Origin: Candidatus Hydrogenedentota bacterium
GTDB lineage: Bacteria; Hydrogenedentota; Hydrogenedentia; Hydrogenedentales; SLHB01
Direction of reading: 5' to 3'
Length of the DNA stretch: 64,000 nucleotides
Assembly (NCBI GenBank): GCA_045863295.1
Contig: BTWA01000004.1
Location: 224,788 to 288,787, forward strand
The position numbers were made by a program, and so were the translations under genes. The notes beneath the pieces are model-generated. The model searched no databases and was not told the origin of the DNA. It was given only the letters and a program-made list of their open reading frames with translations. Of this stretch, positions 1 to 9,286 are shown one piece after another. Position 1 is the first letter of the stretch. Every line of letters starts with the position of its first letter.

Positions 1-1147
1 GCATGTACATGACAATCAAAGTGGCCATAACGGTCACGATGAGGACTATACCCATAACAAGGCTGGGTCGAAACCCCATGAACAGCCATAGAGTTACGAT
101 CACGATGATGACGGCGGCAATCAGATTGTTCATGAAACCGCCGACGGCCGTGCGCACCGATTCAGACTGGAGAGAAATCGGGGTCAGTTCGATGCCGATC
201 GGTCTAATGGAATCGAGTTCGGCCAGACGAGCCTGGACGGCGTCGCCCATAACGACCACATTTCCGCCCGCGACATTTGAAATACCCAGGCCAATGGCTG
301 GCTTACCATTAAGGTACATCAAAGCCGAGGGGGGGTCTTTGATTCCTCTCGTGACGGTTGCAACATCGCCAAGACGTAGTTGCCTCGTGCCGTCGGGCGT
401 TGCGATGAGGAGATTGGAAATGCTTTCGACCGAATCGATTTCACCCACGGGGGAAATTTCGATGTAACGCGATCCAACCTGCACCCTTCCTGATGGCGCT
501 ACCGTGCTTTGCAACTTCAGTGTTTGGTAAATCTCGTCTTGGGTGATCCCTTGCTGAGCGGCCCGGCTCCGTTCGATTTCGACAAAGAGAGCCTCTTCTG
601 GCTGGCCAAGGAGCGCAATGCGCCCGACACCCGGTACCAACAGCAGTTCACGCCGGAGATCCTCGGCGTAGTCAGTGACTTCCGTGAGCGAGTACCCATC
701 GCCAGTGACCGTATAGAACAGCGAGAAGACATCGCCGAAATCGTCATTGACAATAATGGGCCCTGCGCCTGGGGGGAGCTCGTGCTCCACATCCTTAAGT
801 TTATTTCGAAGTTTTCCCCACAACTGCTGAAGTTCGGCCTTGTCTTTCGAAAAGGCGCGGTTCATCTCCACCTGGACTTCCGCAACCCCCGCCTTCGATA
901 TGGAGGTAATCTTCTCAATCTCCTGCATTTGCTGCACGGCCGATTCAACTACCTCGGTAACTTCGTCGGCGACCTCCTGCGGGCGCGCGCCCTGATAGGG
1001 GACAATGACAACGGCTACACGGATTAAAAACTCCGGATCCTCGAACCGCCCCAGGTTCAGGTAGGCGTAATATCCACCTGCCAGGATCAACATGATACTG
1101 AGCACAGAGATAATGGTTTTCGAGATGAAGAATTCGGCGAGTTTCAT
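1..1147 (-). CDS. RND efflux transporter permease (AcrB/AcrD/AcrF family), 3' part runs off the window edge
   Basis: Not in the ORF track. ATG at 1147 reads MKLAEFFISKTIISVLSIMLILAGGYYAYLNLGRFEDPEFLIR, a typical RND N-terminus, and lies directly downstream of the MFP gene. Confidence 0.9.
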   Translation of the reverse strand, partial: MKLAEFFISKTIISVLSIMLILAGGYYAYLNLGRFEDPEFLIRVAVVIVPYQGARPQEVADEVTEVVESAVQQMQEIEKITSISKAGVAEVQVEMNRAFSKDKAELQQLWGKLRNKLKDVEHELPPGAGPIIVNDDFGDVFSLFYTVTGDGYSLTEVTDYAEDLRRELLLVPGVGRIALLGQPEEALFVEIERSRAAQQGITQDEIYQTLKLQSTVAPSGRVQVGSRYIEISPVGEIDSVESISNLLIATPDGTRQLRLGDVATVTRGIKDPPSALMYLNGKPAIGLGISNVAGGNVVVMGDAVQARLAELDSIRPIGIELTPISLQSESVRTAVGGFMNNLIAAVIIVIVTLWLFMGFRPSLVMGIVLIVTVMATLIVMYM

Positions 1148-1161
1148 TGCGGATGCCTTGA

Positions 1162-2547
1162 TTATGACTCCAAGGGCCGGACCCGCATGCCTTTGCGCAG
1201 GTAGGAAACCCCCGCTGTCGCTATGGTGTCGCCTGGCTTCAGCCCTTCTACAATCTCGATGCTCTTGTCCGTAAGCGCACCCGTCGTGACCGTTTGCGGC
1301 CTCACCTGCATCGTCGCGGAGTCAACCAACCACACAACCGCGCTGCCATCTGCTTCGGCGCCTACGGCCTCCACAGGCACCAACAAAGGAAATTCACCAT
1401 CGAGTCGAGCTGCTTTGACGGTAACTTCCGCAGTCATTCCCGGGAGAAGCCTCACATCTGACGGAGCTTCCATTCGCAGCGTCAGCCGGTAGGTTTGGGT
1501 GGCGGAGTCAGCCTCCATGCTGAATTGGCTGAATTCCGCCGAGTAGACTCGTGATTTGTCCCCAGTCAAGACAACCGTGAAGTCCAACGTTCCGCCTGCG
1601 CTTCTGCGAATTGCGAGACTTTCCGGCACCTGCAATTCGACCTCTATTCCGCCGATATTCTGCAAGCTGAGCACCGTTTGCTTGGCCTGAATCTCTTGGA
1701 ACGGATCAACGTATATCGTTCCCACGACGCCATCGAAAGGAGCGCGCAGTTGGGTGTCGTCGAGCGCAGCCTCGGCGTCATGAACTTTAATGCGCATGGT
1801 TTCCACGCGGGCCGCAGCCGACTGAATCTCTTCGGGACGTGCGCCGGTCCGTGCTTTGTCGAGTTGCTGAGTAGCGCTGTCCACATCGCGGCTGGCGACT
1901 ATTTGCGCGGTTTCCGACCTCTCAAACTCACTCTTGGCAACGAGCCCGCGATTATACATCTGCTTCTGGCGGTTGTAATCGGACAGGGCTTGATCGTTCC
2001 GGGCCGTGGCGGCGGCAAGTTGGGCTTCCAGGAGCGCGATATCTTCGGGCCGTGTCCCTGCTTTGACCACGGCCAGGTCCGCTTCGGCCGATGCCAAGTT
2101 GCTTCGAGCCTCCGCGAGCCGGTTCTCAAAGTCTCTTGGATCGAGGCGGGCGAGCAATTCCCCGACAGAATAGGACTGCCCCTCGACCGCGATAACCTCC
2201 GCGATCGCTCCAGAAACGCGAAAAGACAAATCAGACCGGGTATCAGCCCGGAGGACGGCGGGAAAGGTGCGTTGAAACGCGGCCGTCGGCGACTCGACCG
2301 TCATCATCTTGATCGGCCGAAGCGGAGGCGTCTTATCGACACTTTCCCTTGGACTACAACCCAGATTTACAAAAAGACAACCTAGTCCGGCGAAGACGCC
2401 CACGATAGCCGGTCGCAGCGCACGGAACAAAACCGCGGAGTGGTTGCGCCACGCCCTCCAAAAGTCGAGTGCGGCCACGAAAATTCCCCCAAGCCTTCTC
2501 GAAGCAGGCCCCATGACAATACATATTGTAACTTCGAGATGGAGCAT
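1162..2547 (-). CDS. RND efflux periplasmic adaptor (membrane fusion protein); true start probably downstream of 2547
   Basis: Lipoprotein-like signal (..FVNLGC), LSFRVSG..V..G lipoyl half-motifs, coiled-coil hairpin, LRAPFDG and LLPGMTA motifs. Confidence 0.9.
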   Translation of the reverse strand: MLHLEVTICIVMGPASRRLGGIFVAALDFWRAWRNHSAVLFRALRPAIVGVFAGLGCLFVNLGCSPRESVDKTPPLRPIKMMTVESPTAAFQRTFPAVLRADTRSDLSFRVSGAIAEVIAVEGQSYSVGELLARLDPRDFENRLAEARSNLASAEADLAVVKAGTRPEDIALLEAQLAAATARNDQALSDYNRQKQMYNRGLVAKSEFERSETAQIVASRDVDSATQQLDKARTGARPEEIQSAAARVETMRIKVHDAEAALDDTQLRAPFDGVVGTIYVDPFQEIQAKQTVLSLQNIGGIEVELQVPESLAIRRSAGGTLDFTVVLTGDKSRVYSAEFSQFSMEADSATQTYRLTLRMEAPSDVRLLPGMTAEVTVKAARLDGEFPLLVPVEAVGAEADGSAVVWLVDSATMQVRPQTVTTGALTDKSIEIVEGLKPGDTIATAGVSYLRKGMRVRPLES

Positions 2548-2564
2548 TTACTATAGCATAGTCA

Positions 2565-4319
2565 ATGGGGGAATTTAAAGTTTTCGGAGCCGAATCCATG
2601 TGTTTCGCTCGTTCTTGCCTTATGTTGCGCGCTTTACTTTTTGGTGCACTGCTTGCCTACGTTTTTCCGTTGCGACTAGACGCCAGTGACTTGACAGGTC
2701 TACCTCCTACGCCGATTCCAAGTGTACAAGGGGCTCAGGCAGATGCTTTGGAGAATCAGATGAGCATCGCGTCCGAAGTCAGAGTCACTCTCCTGGATCT
2801 GCAGACTCTATTGTCTCGAATTAGGCTGGAAGGCGAGCAGGAGACAATCCTACTGAGTCTGGAAGAGTGCATCGCCTTTGCGATGAACCAGAATCCAAGT
2901 ATCTTGGTCGCGTCAATTACTCCGGATATCGCGTCGGACAGAATTGTAGCTGCAAAAAGCGAATTCGATCCTGGGGTTCGTGCGAGCGTGGAGTCCACTG
3001 CAACCAAGTCCGTGGGGTTGCAGCGCCTCAGCCTTTTCGAGATGGCGCAACAGGCAAGTCCCCCAGAGCGAAGCAGCACGGAAGTCTCCACTTGGACAAT
3101 CGAGACCGGAATGGGCGGCAAACTCCCTACAGGGTTTACCTACGATTTGAGTCTCAAACGGTCAGATTCTGACCAAGTTGTGAACGTCACAGGCGGCGAC
3201 AACACGACAGAGGAAGATGGCATTGCGCTGGCCATTACTCAGCCGTTGCTGCGCGGTGCGGGAATTCGGGTCAACCGCGCGGAGATCGGGAAAGCGGAGG
3301 CTGGTCTTGCAATAAGCGAAGCGGAATTACATCTGTTACAGCAAAACACGGTCGCGGATGCAATCCAAACATACTGGCAACTCGTGGGCGCATACGCAGC
3401 GTTACGGGTAAAGGAATCAGCCGTCCGCACCGCCGAGCAACTCCTAAACGAGACACAGGAGCGGAACGAACTAGGGGCGAGCAGCGAACTCGATGTTCTA
3501 ACGGCACAGTCTGCGGTTGCCCGAAGGCAGAACGATTTGATCAACGCCTACGCGGACGTGGGGCTCGCCAGCGACAGGCTTAAGCAAATATTGAATCTTA
3601 GGGATGGCGATCTGCTCTCGAGTGCCATCATTCTTGCTACGTCGAAGACACCCGAATTGGATATGGACGGCTTGAATGACGGGGAGCCAGTCGACCAACG
3701 AGTGCGCGGGGCTTTAGAGCGGCGCCCCGAGCTTCACGTAAAAGACGCCCAGCAGGCGATAGCTGAATTGACATTGCGTCAACGCCGGAATGCCCGCTAC
3801 CCACTAGTGGATCTTACCGGACGATATGTCCAAATAGATTCGGAAAACGATTTCAACGGGCTGCTAATCGGGGATTCGTCGGCCAATTCCGATTCTTGGA
3901 GCGTGGGACTCAAAGCGTCCGTCCCGATTGGAAACCGGCGCGCGCGGGCGGAATACCGGATTGCCGAGCGCCAATTTGACCAGATCCAACTGGAGCGCGA
4001 TGAGATTCGAACGCTCATCGACGAGGACGTGCGGAGAGCGAGCCGGCAAACGGCCAAGAGTGGGGTACTCGTCGAAAACGCCCGCAAGACCGTCACGCTC
4101 GAGCAAGCCCGTTTCAAGGCGGAGCAAGAGCGGTTCCTGTTTGGTGATTCGACGGCGTTTCATCTAATCCAGGTGCAGGACGATCTCATTATTGAGGAGA
4201 CGCGCCTCGCTCTTGCGGAAACGCAGCTTCTTGCCGCCATAGCGGACCTACAGCGCGCTGAAGGCATACTATTGTCAGACCTGAAAATCGATACCGCGGT
4301 CGAACCGATAAGCGAATAG
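2565..4319 (+). CDS. TolC-family outer membrane efflux protein (start uncertain)
   Basis: LSLEECIAFAMNQNP, ITQPLLRG and ALERRPEL motifs; two OEP repeats; divergent from the MFP-RND genes. Confidence 0.88.
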   Translation: MGEFKVFGAESMCFARSCLMLRALLFGALLAYVFPLRLDASDLTGLPPTPIPSVQGAQADALENQMSIASEVRVTLLDLQTLLSRIRLEGEQETILLSLEECIAFAMNQNPSILVASITPDIASDRIVAAKSEFDPGVRASVESTATKSVGLQRLSLFEMAQQASPPERSSTEVSTWTIETGMGGKLPTGFTYDLSLKRSDSDQVVNVTGGDNTTEEDGIALAITQPLLRGAGIRVNRAEIGKAEAGLAISEAELHLLQQNTVADAIQTYWQLVGAYAALRVKESAVRTAEQLLNETQERNELGASSELDVLTAQSAVARRQNDLINAYADVGLASDRLKQILNLRDGDLLSSAIILATSKTPELDMDGLNDGEPVDQRVRGALERRPELHVKDAQQAIAELTLRQRRNARYPLVDLTGRYVQIDSENDFNGLLIGDSSANSDSWSVGLKASVPIGNRRARAEYRIAERQFDQIQLERDEIRTLIDEDVRRASRQTAKSGVLVENARKTVTLEQARFKAEQERFLFGDSTAFHLIQVQDDLIIEETRLALAETQLLAAIADLQRAEGILLSDLKIDTAVEPISE

Positions 4320-4827
4320 TGGCTTTGGAAACACTCACCGTGCGCCTTTGATACGATTCCGCCAGAGAAGCGACCGCAGCTTCCGCCGAGGCGAATCAAA
4401 CATCAGTGACGTACCGGAGCTTTATCAAAAAAACAAGGACATCCATGATGAGAAAAAGTCAAGCATAAATGGAAGGTTTGTGTCCTTGTGTCCGTCAATG
4501 TGGTCGTCAAGATACAGTTCTTCTTGCCTTCGCGGAGGATAAGGCACTGCTGGCGAGCCACCCGAGCGCCGTGACAAGGTCTGAGTCGCTGTCCGATCCA
4601 AGACGGCATAAACTAACCCGCCCAAGGGAGTGGGTGTCAGGCCAATACGGTCACTGTACCGTCATTGGAATCCGCATCCTCCATTGCCCATGGAAAGAAA
4701 TCTTCTGTCTGTCCTTGATTTCCCCCGTACTTGTTGCCGTGGGTCTGCGCCCAAGACGCGCAAACGAATTCGCACATGACTTTAACCTAAGTAACTAGTA
4801 CGGTTGCAGTATGGATGGGGCGGGGTG

Positions 4828-5049
4828 TCAAGAAGTCTTTTGGACTGAGTCGCGCCACCTTATGTGTTGGGGTTTCCCACAGGGAGTTGTCCATTCATAT
4901 TTGGCAATGGAAGTAAGTTCGTTGGCGTTGTTGTAGGTGAAAGATGTCGTGGTTTTGAGGTTGGAGCCGGTGAAGCGGATGTCGTCGATGTCGGCGGTTT
5001 GGCAGAAGCCGGTGCTGAACAGGGATTGGGCGGAGGTGCGGGAATGAAG
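4828..5049 (-). pseudogene. Fragment of an RHS/YD-repeat protein
   Basis: A minus frame with no evident start reads ..ADIDDIRFTGSNLKTTTSFTYNNANELTSI..; the TYNNANELTS segment matches YD-repeat patterns. Confidence 0.5.
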
Positions 5050-5060
5050 ACCATTTTCGT

Positions 5061-5090
5061 CCGCAGATGAGCGCCGATGGGCGCAGATGG
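5061..5090. repeat. Three imperfect 10-bp tandem repeats (CCGCAGATGA/GCGCCGATGG/GCGCAGATGG)
   Basis: Read directly from the sequence. Confidence 0.5.
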
Positions 5091-5300
5091 GATGGATTTG
5101 AGGGGAAGCGACGAGTGTGGGGGGTGCGTGTTTGAGGCGGCTGGTCCACGTTCACGCCGATTTGCGTACCAGAGCAGCCAAGTTACTATGCCTCACTCCG
5201 GTGCGCAATGGAATTCTCTCCGTAACGGCCGTGCCGGACGGGTATGTCATAATGCCGCGTCCGCCCATCCGGGATTCGGCGAAGCGGGAGATTTCAAACC

Positions 5301-7517
5301 ATGAAACATATGCTTTGTTTGCTGGGGTGTTCCTTCTCTTTGCCTTGGGCCGCAGCCAACGCCGCCGAACGCATCGTGTCGTCGCCGTATGTAGTAAACG
5401 CGGGGTTCGAGTCGCCGCTGGACTCCAAAGGCAGGATGCCGTATTGGAACGCGGAAAAGACGGAGGACATGCTACAGGGGACCAAGGGTGGGTCTTTCGC
5501 GCCGGACGCGGCGAATCCTCTTGGCGGGACGGCTTCGCTTGGACTGACGGTGACGGGAGACTGGTATGCGTTTACGTCGATTCATTACCCGATTGGCGAG
5601 TGGACGGAATCCATCGCGGTAGCCGCGGATGCAAGGACTGAACCGGGGGTTCGGGTGCAGATTGGCCTTGTTTGGGTGGGAGCGGCGGAGAATCCAATTC
5701 GGACCGACTTGGGTGAGGCGGAGGCCTGTGAGGAAAAGACGCGGCTGTCGGCGGGGCCGTTCATGGCACCGGAGGGGGCGCATTCCGCGCGGATCGAGTT
5801 GGTGGTGCTGCCGGAGACGCCGGGTGTGGCGGCCCGCGCATGGTTTGACGAGGCGGCCATGGACATCACTGATCGGCCGTTTGTGCGGGTAACGGTGAAT
5901 CAGGTGGGCTATGACGCACAAGGGCCGAAGAGGGCCATTGTGCAGACCAACTTCAAACCGGGTGAGGGCGAATCGGCGCGGGCGCAACTTGTTGGGGGCG
6001 GTGGCGAAACAGTGGCCGAGGTGCCGTTGACCTATGCGGGCCGGATGATTGGCGCTGGCGAACAGGATTGGGGTTGGCATTTCTGGCACGTCGATTTTTC
6101 AAATCAGGAAGCCGAGGGTCTTTATCGCGTGAAGGCAAAAGCCGGCGAATTGGAGGCAGAGTCGCACGAATTTCGGATTGGCGAGGATGTGTTGTTTCGG
6201 GAGACTGCGTCGGCCAACGCGGAGTTTTTCTACATCCAACGCTGCGGCATGGCGATTCCGGGTTGGCATGGCGCGTGTCACTTGGACGACGCGAAATTGC
6301 CGTCGGGCGAACACAAGGACTTGACAGGCGGCTGGCACAGCGCGGGCGACTATAACAAGCTCAACTGGGAGTATGGAGACGGGGGTGTCGCGTATGCGCT
6401 GATGACGGCGTATGAAGCCGACCCTGGCTTGTTCGCGGAAAGTGACCGCGATGGCGATGGTATTTGCGACGTCGTGGACGAGGCATGGTGGGGCGCGAAG
6501 TATCTGGCCAAAGTGCAGATTGCCGATACCGGCGGCATTCTCAATCACATTGAGCAAGGGCCTGATCGCGCGACATGGATGAATTGGTGTCCGCCGGAAA
6601 ATACGACGGACAACACGCCGGGGACACCGGACGATCCGATCGTGGTTGAGGGACCGGGCAATTCCCCGCTCGCGATAGGCGCTTGGGCGCGGTTGCACGG
6701 TGTCCTCAAGGCGAAGGGTGTGGAAAGCGATTACCTCGACCGCGCGCGGCGGTTGTGGGATCACGCCACGGCAGGCGGTACTGCTGTTCCTAATCCGCTG
6801 TTGCTCATCAGCACGGTGGATCTGTACCGGGCGACGAAGGACGGTGCGCTCTTGGACTACGCGCGGCGTAACGTAGAGGCGATCCTTAAGACCGGCCAGC
6901 CGGGAGGGCAACTTGCGGGAGGCTATTCGGAATCGGGGGATGTGCCCGCGGCGGCGTTGGCGTATTTTGCACTCGCGTTACCGGACGAGGCGGTCACGAA
7001 GGCAATCCAAACGAGACTTATCGAACATGCGCCGAAGTTTGTCGAAGAGGCGAAGAACCCGATCGGCTTGATCCGGCAGAAACTGGGGCCGGACGGCTAC
7101 TACTTCGACCCGTCCAGCGTGCTGGGGTGCAATTACATGATTGCGTGCCGGGCGTGGTCCGCGTTCATGGTGTATCGCGTGATTGGCGATGAGCGGCTGT
7201 TGCGTTACGGCGTCGATCAACTTGACTTCATACTGGGACGAAATCCGTATGACGTGTGCATGATGGAAGGCGAAGGGACCGTCAATCTCCCCCGCTATCA
7301 TCACCGGTATGTGACGATACCTGGCCACGAAGACGGCGCTGTGCCTGGGGCGATTCCCAACGGATTTGTGCGCGACATCACAGGGACGGATCGTCCGGGG
7401 CTGGACCTCTCCACCGGCGGCAGCCGCCCCTACCCATCCTACCGCACCAACGAGCCGTGGCTGGTGCACAATGTGTTCTACACGTTGGCGGTTACGGCGC
7501 TGCACGAAGCGGTATGA
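5301..7517 (+). CDS. Secreted glycoside hydrolase family 9 with N-terminal CBM-like and CelD-type Ig domains
   Basis: Signal peptide, VNQVGY..GPKRA Ig motif, FFYIQRCG, DLTGGWHSAGDYNK, LDFILGRNP, and YRTNE carrying the catalytic acid. Confidence 0.85.
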   Translation: MKHMLCLLGCSFSLPWAAANAAERIVSSPYVVNAGFESPLDSKGRMPYWNAEKTEDMLQGTKGGSFAPDAANPLGGTASLGLTVTGDWYAFTSIHYPIGEWTESIAVAADARTEPGVRVQIGLVWVGAAENPIRTDLGEAEACEEKTRLSAGPFMAPEGAHSARIELVVLPETPGVAARAWFDEAAMDITDRPFVRVTVNQVGYDAQGPKRAIVQTNFKPGEGESARAQLVGGGGETVAEVPLTYAGRMIGAGEQDWGWHFWHVDFSNQEAEGLYRVKAKAGELEAESHEFRIGEDVLFRETASANAEFFYIQRCGMAIPGWHGACHLDDAKLPSGEHKDLTGGWHSAGDYNKLNWEYGDGGVAYALMTAYEADPGLFAESDRDGDGICDVVDEAWWGAKYLAKVQIADTGGILNHIEQGPDRATWMNWCPPENTTDNTPGTPDDPIVVEGPGNSPLAIGAWARLHGVLKAKGVESDYLDRARRLWDHATAGGTAVPNPLLLISTVDLYRATKDGALLDYARRNVEAILKTGQPGGQLAGGYSESGDVPAAALAYFALALPDEAVTKAIQTRLIEHAPKFVEEAKNPIGLIRQKLGPDGYYFDPSSVLGCNYMIACRAWSAFMVYRVIGDERLLRYGVDQLDFILGRNPYDVCMMEGEGTVNLPRYHHRYVTIPGHEDGAVPGAIPNGFVRDITGTDRPGLDLSTGGSRPYPSYRTNEPWLVHNVFYTLAVTALHEAV

Positions 7518-7712
7518 CGCCAATTAACGATTGGTTGAACCGTCGCGGTTCCTCCGTGTAAATCGCGAGGGCCATGGCGCCTCCAGCCATCCGCGCTAGT
7601 GCGATCCACGCGGCTACTCCCCCGCGAATTCGAATATCCACCGGGCCGAACGCCGCCACGCTGGTTTCGGCGGGCGTGCCAAGGGCGATTGTGGGGTTGG
7701 CGAATCTATGGC

Positions 7713-7782
7713 TTGACAAGAGATTCGAAACGTGGTTGAATATACCTGAAATTAGTTTCAGTTATATTTGAGTTAATCTCAA
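7713..7782 (+). promoter_or_regulatory. Sigma70-like promoter overlapped by two palindromic operator-like sites
   Basis: TTGACA (7713-7718), 17-nt spacer ending TGG, TTGAAT (7736-7741); inverted repeats at 7739-7768 and 7768-7782. Confidence 0.55.
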
Positions 7783-7800
7783 CTTGGGAGGTTTGTCGAG

Positions 7801-8295
7801 ATGCGGATTGTGGATGGGATGATTCAGGAGTTGCAGCATGAGGCGGGGATTACGCGACGGGTGCTGGAGCGGGTGCCGATGGAGCATGCGACGTGGAAGC
7901 CGCATGCGAAGTCGTTTTCGATGGGGCAGTTGGCGTCGCACCTCGCGGACATTCCTTCGTGGGTAAAGGTGACGATCGAGCAGGAGGAGTTGGTGTTTGA
8001 CATGGCTTCGTACAAGCCGTTTGTGGCGGGTTCGACGCAGGATTTGTTGTCGCATTTTGACGGGTGCCTGAAGGAGGCGCTGGGATGCATGCAGGGGGCG
8101 TCGAACGAGGTCCTGTTGGCGAACTGGAAGTTGATTGCGAACGGCGCGACGATGTTCGAGATGCCGCGAGTGGCGGTGCTTCGGGGAATGATTTTGAATC
8201 ATTCGGTGCATCACCGGGCGCAGTTGGGTGTGTATTTGCGCATGAAAGATGTCCCCGTGCCGGCCATGTATGGTCCTTCCGCGGACGAGCAGTGA
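7801..8295 (+). CDS. DinB/YfiT-like family protein
   Basis: WKPHAKSFSMGQLASH and NHSVHHRAQLGVYLR...VPAMYGPSAD motifs; GGAGG RBS. Confidence 0.9.
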   Translation: MRIVDGMIQELQHEAGITRRVLERVPMEHATWKPHAKSFSMGQLASHLADIPSWVKVTIEQEELVFDMASYKPFVAGSTQDLLSHFDGCLKEALGCMQGASNEVLLANWKLIANGATMFEMPRVAVLRGMILNHSVHHRAQLGVYLRMKDVPVPAMYGPSADEQ

Positions 8296-8315
8296 GCCTC
8301 TGCCATGCGTAATGA

Positions 8316-8352
8316 CCGGGGGGCGGGAGACGCGACCCGCCCCCCGGATTTT
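8316..8352 (+). terminator. Rho-independent terminator hairpin between convergent genes
   Basis: CCGGGGGGCGGG-N8-CCCGCCCCCCGG perfect 12-bp stem followed by ATTTT. Confidence 0.7.
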
Positions 8353-8407
8353 GATGGCCTTGGGGCGCCATTGGAATTGTGGATGTATGTGTGGGCGGGT
8401 GGCCTCG

Positions 8408-9286
8408 TTACACTTGGCGGACCTGGACGTCGACAGTGAGGGATTGCTGGCCGCCGCCGAGCATGACGCCGCGGAGGGGGCTGACTTCGTCGTAGTCGCG
8501 GCCCCAGGCGAGGGTGATGTGGTCGTTGCATGGGATGACGTTGTTGGTGGGGTCGAGGTCGACCCAGCCGTGGCTGTGAGTGTATACGGCAAGCCATGCG
8601 TGTGTGGCTTGGGCGCCCGCGAGGGTGTGTCCTTCGGTGCTGAGTGGGCGGATGTAGCCGCTGACGTAGCGGGCGGGAATGCCGAGGGCGCGCAGGCATG
8701 CGATTTGGAATTGAGCGAAATCCTGGCAGACGCCGCGTTTGTTGGCGTATACGGTGTCGATGGGCGTTGCCAACGTGGTTGCGGTAGGGTCGTATTCGAA
8801 TTCGCGATGTATACGCGCGGTCAGATCGAGCGCGGCGGCGAGTATGGGGCGGCTTGACGTGAAACAGTCCGCGACCCATTGGGCGGCATGCGGGAGTATT
8901 GGAATGTAGGTGGATGGATAGACGTATTGCACGGCATCGAGGCAGGCAGCATCTCGCACTTCGCGCACGGCACGGGCGACTTCTTCCCACGGTGTAGTGG
9001 CATCGGGTTCGATGTATTCGGCGGGCGTGAGGATGACTTTGGAGAACACGTGGACATCGAGTGCGGCGTGCGGTTCTTCGATGGTGAAGTAATGCATTGG
9101 ATTGCCGAAGTAGTCGATGCGCGTGCGAAAGGGTCCGGGTGGTTGTGGCGCGGTTTCGATGAGGAAACTGGAGAGCGACTGTCTTGGGCCGTTGCGGGGT
9201 TGCAGGTGCGCGCGGTTGTACGAGATTCCGGCGGTGTCGGAATAGGTGTAGGTGGTTCGATGCCTGACTTCGTAGTGGATGTTCAT
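8408..9286 (-). CDS. Transglutaminase-like protein (bacterial transglutaminase N domain plus core)
   Basis: Start MNIHYEVRHRTTYTY overlaps the upstream stop (ATGA). Cys-His-Asp triad in GVCQDFA, ATHAW, DLDPTN; GRDYDEVSPLRG motif. Confidence 0.92.
   Translation of the reverse strand: MNIHYEVRHRTTYTYSDTAGISYNRAHLQPRNGPRQSLSSFLIETAPQPPGPFRTRIDYFGNPMHYFTIEEPHAALDVHVFSKVILTPAEYIEPDATTPWEEVARAVREVRDAACLDAVQYVYPSTYIPILPHAAQWVADCFTSSRPILAAALDLTARIHREFEYDPTATTLATPIDTVYANKRGVCQDFAQFQIACLRALGIPARYVSGYIRPLSTEGHTLAGAQATHAWLAVYTHSHGWVDLDPTNNVIPCNDHITLAWGRDYDEVSPLRGVMLGGGQQSLTVDVQVRQV

Noticed and set aside
4348..4798. Short ORFs on both strands after tolC
   Set aside because: No RBS, recognisable motif or consistent coding pattern; probably non-coding junction DNA.
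7492..7719. 75-aa minus-strand ORF with a hydrophobic stretch
   Set aside because: It overlaps the GH9 end and the dinB promoter, and I recognise no family. A gene fragment cannot be excluded.
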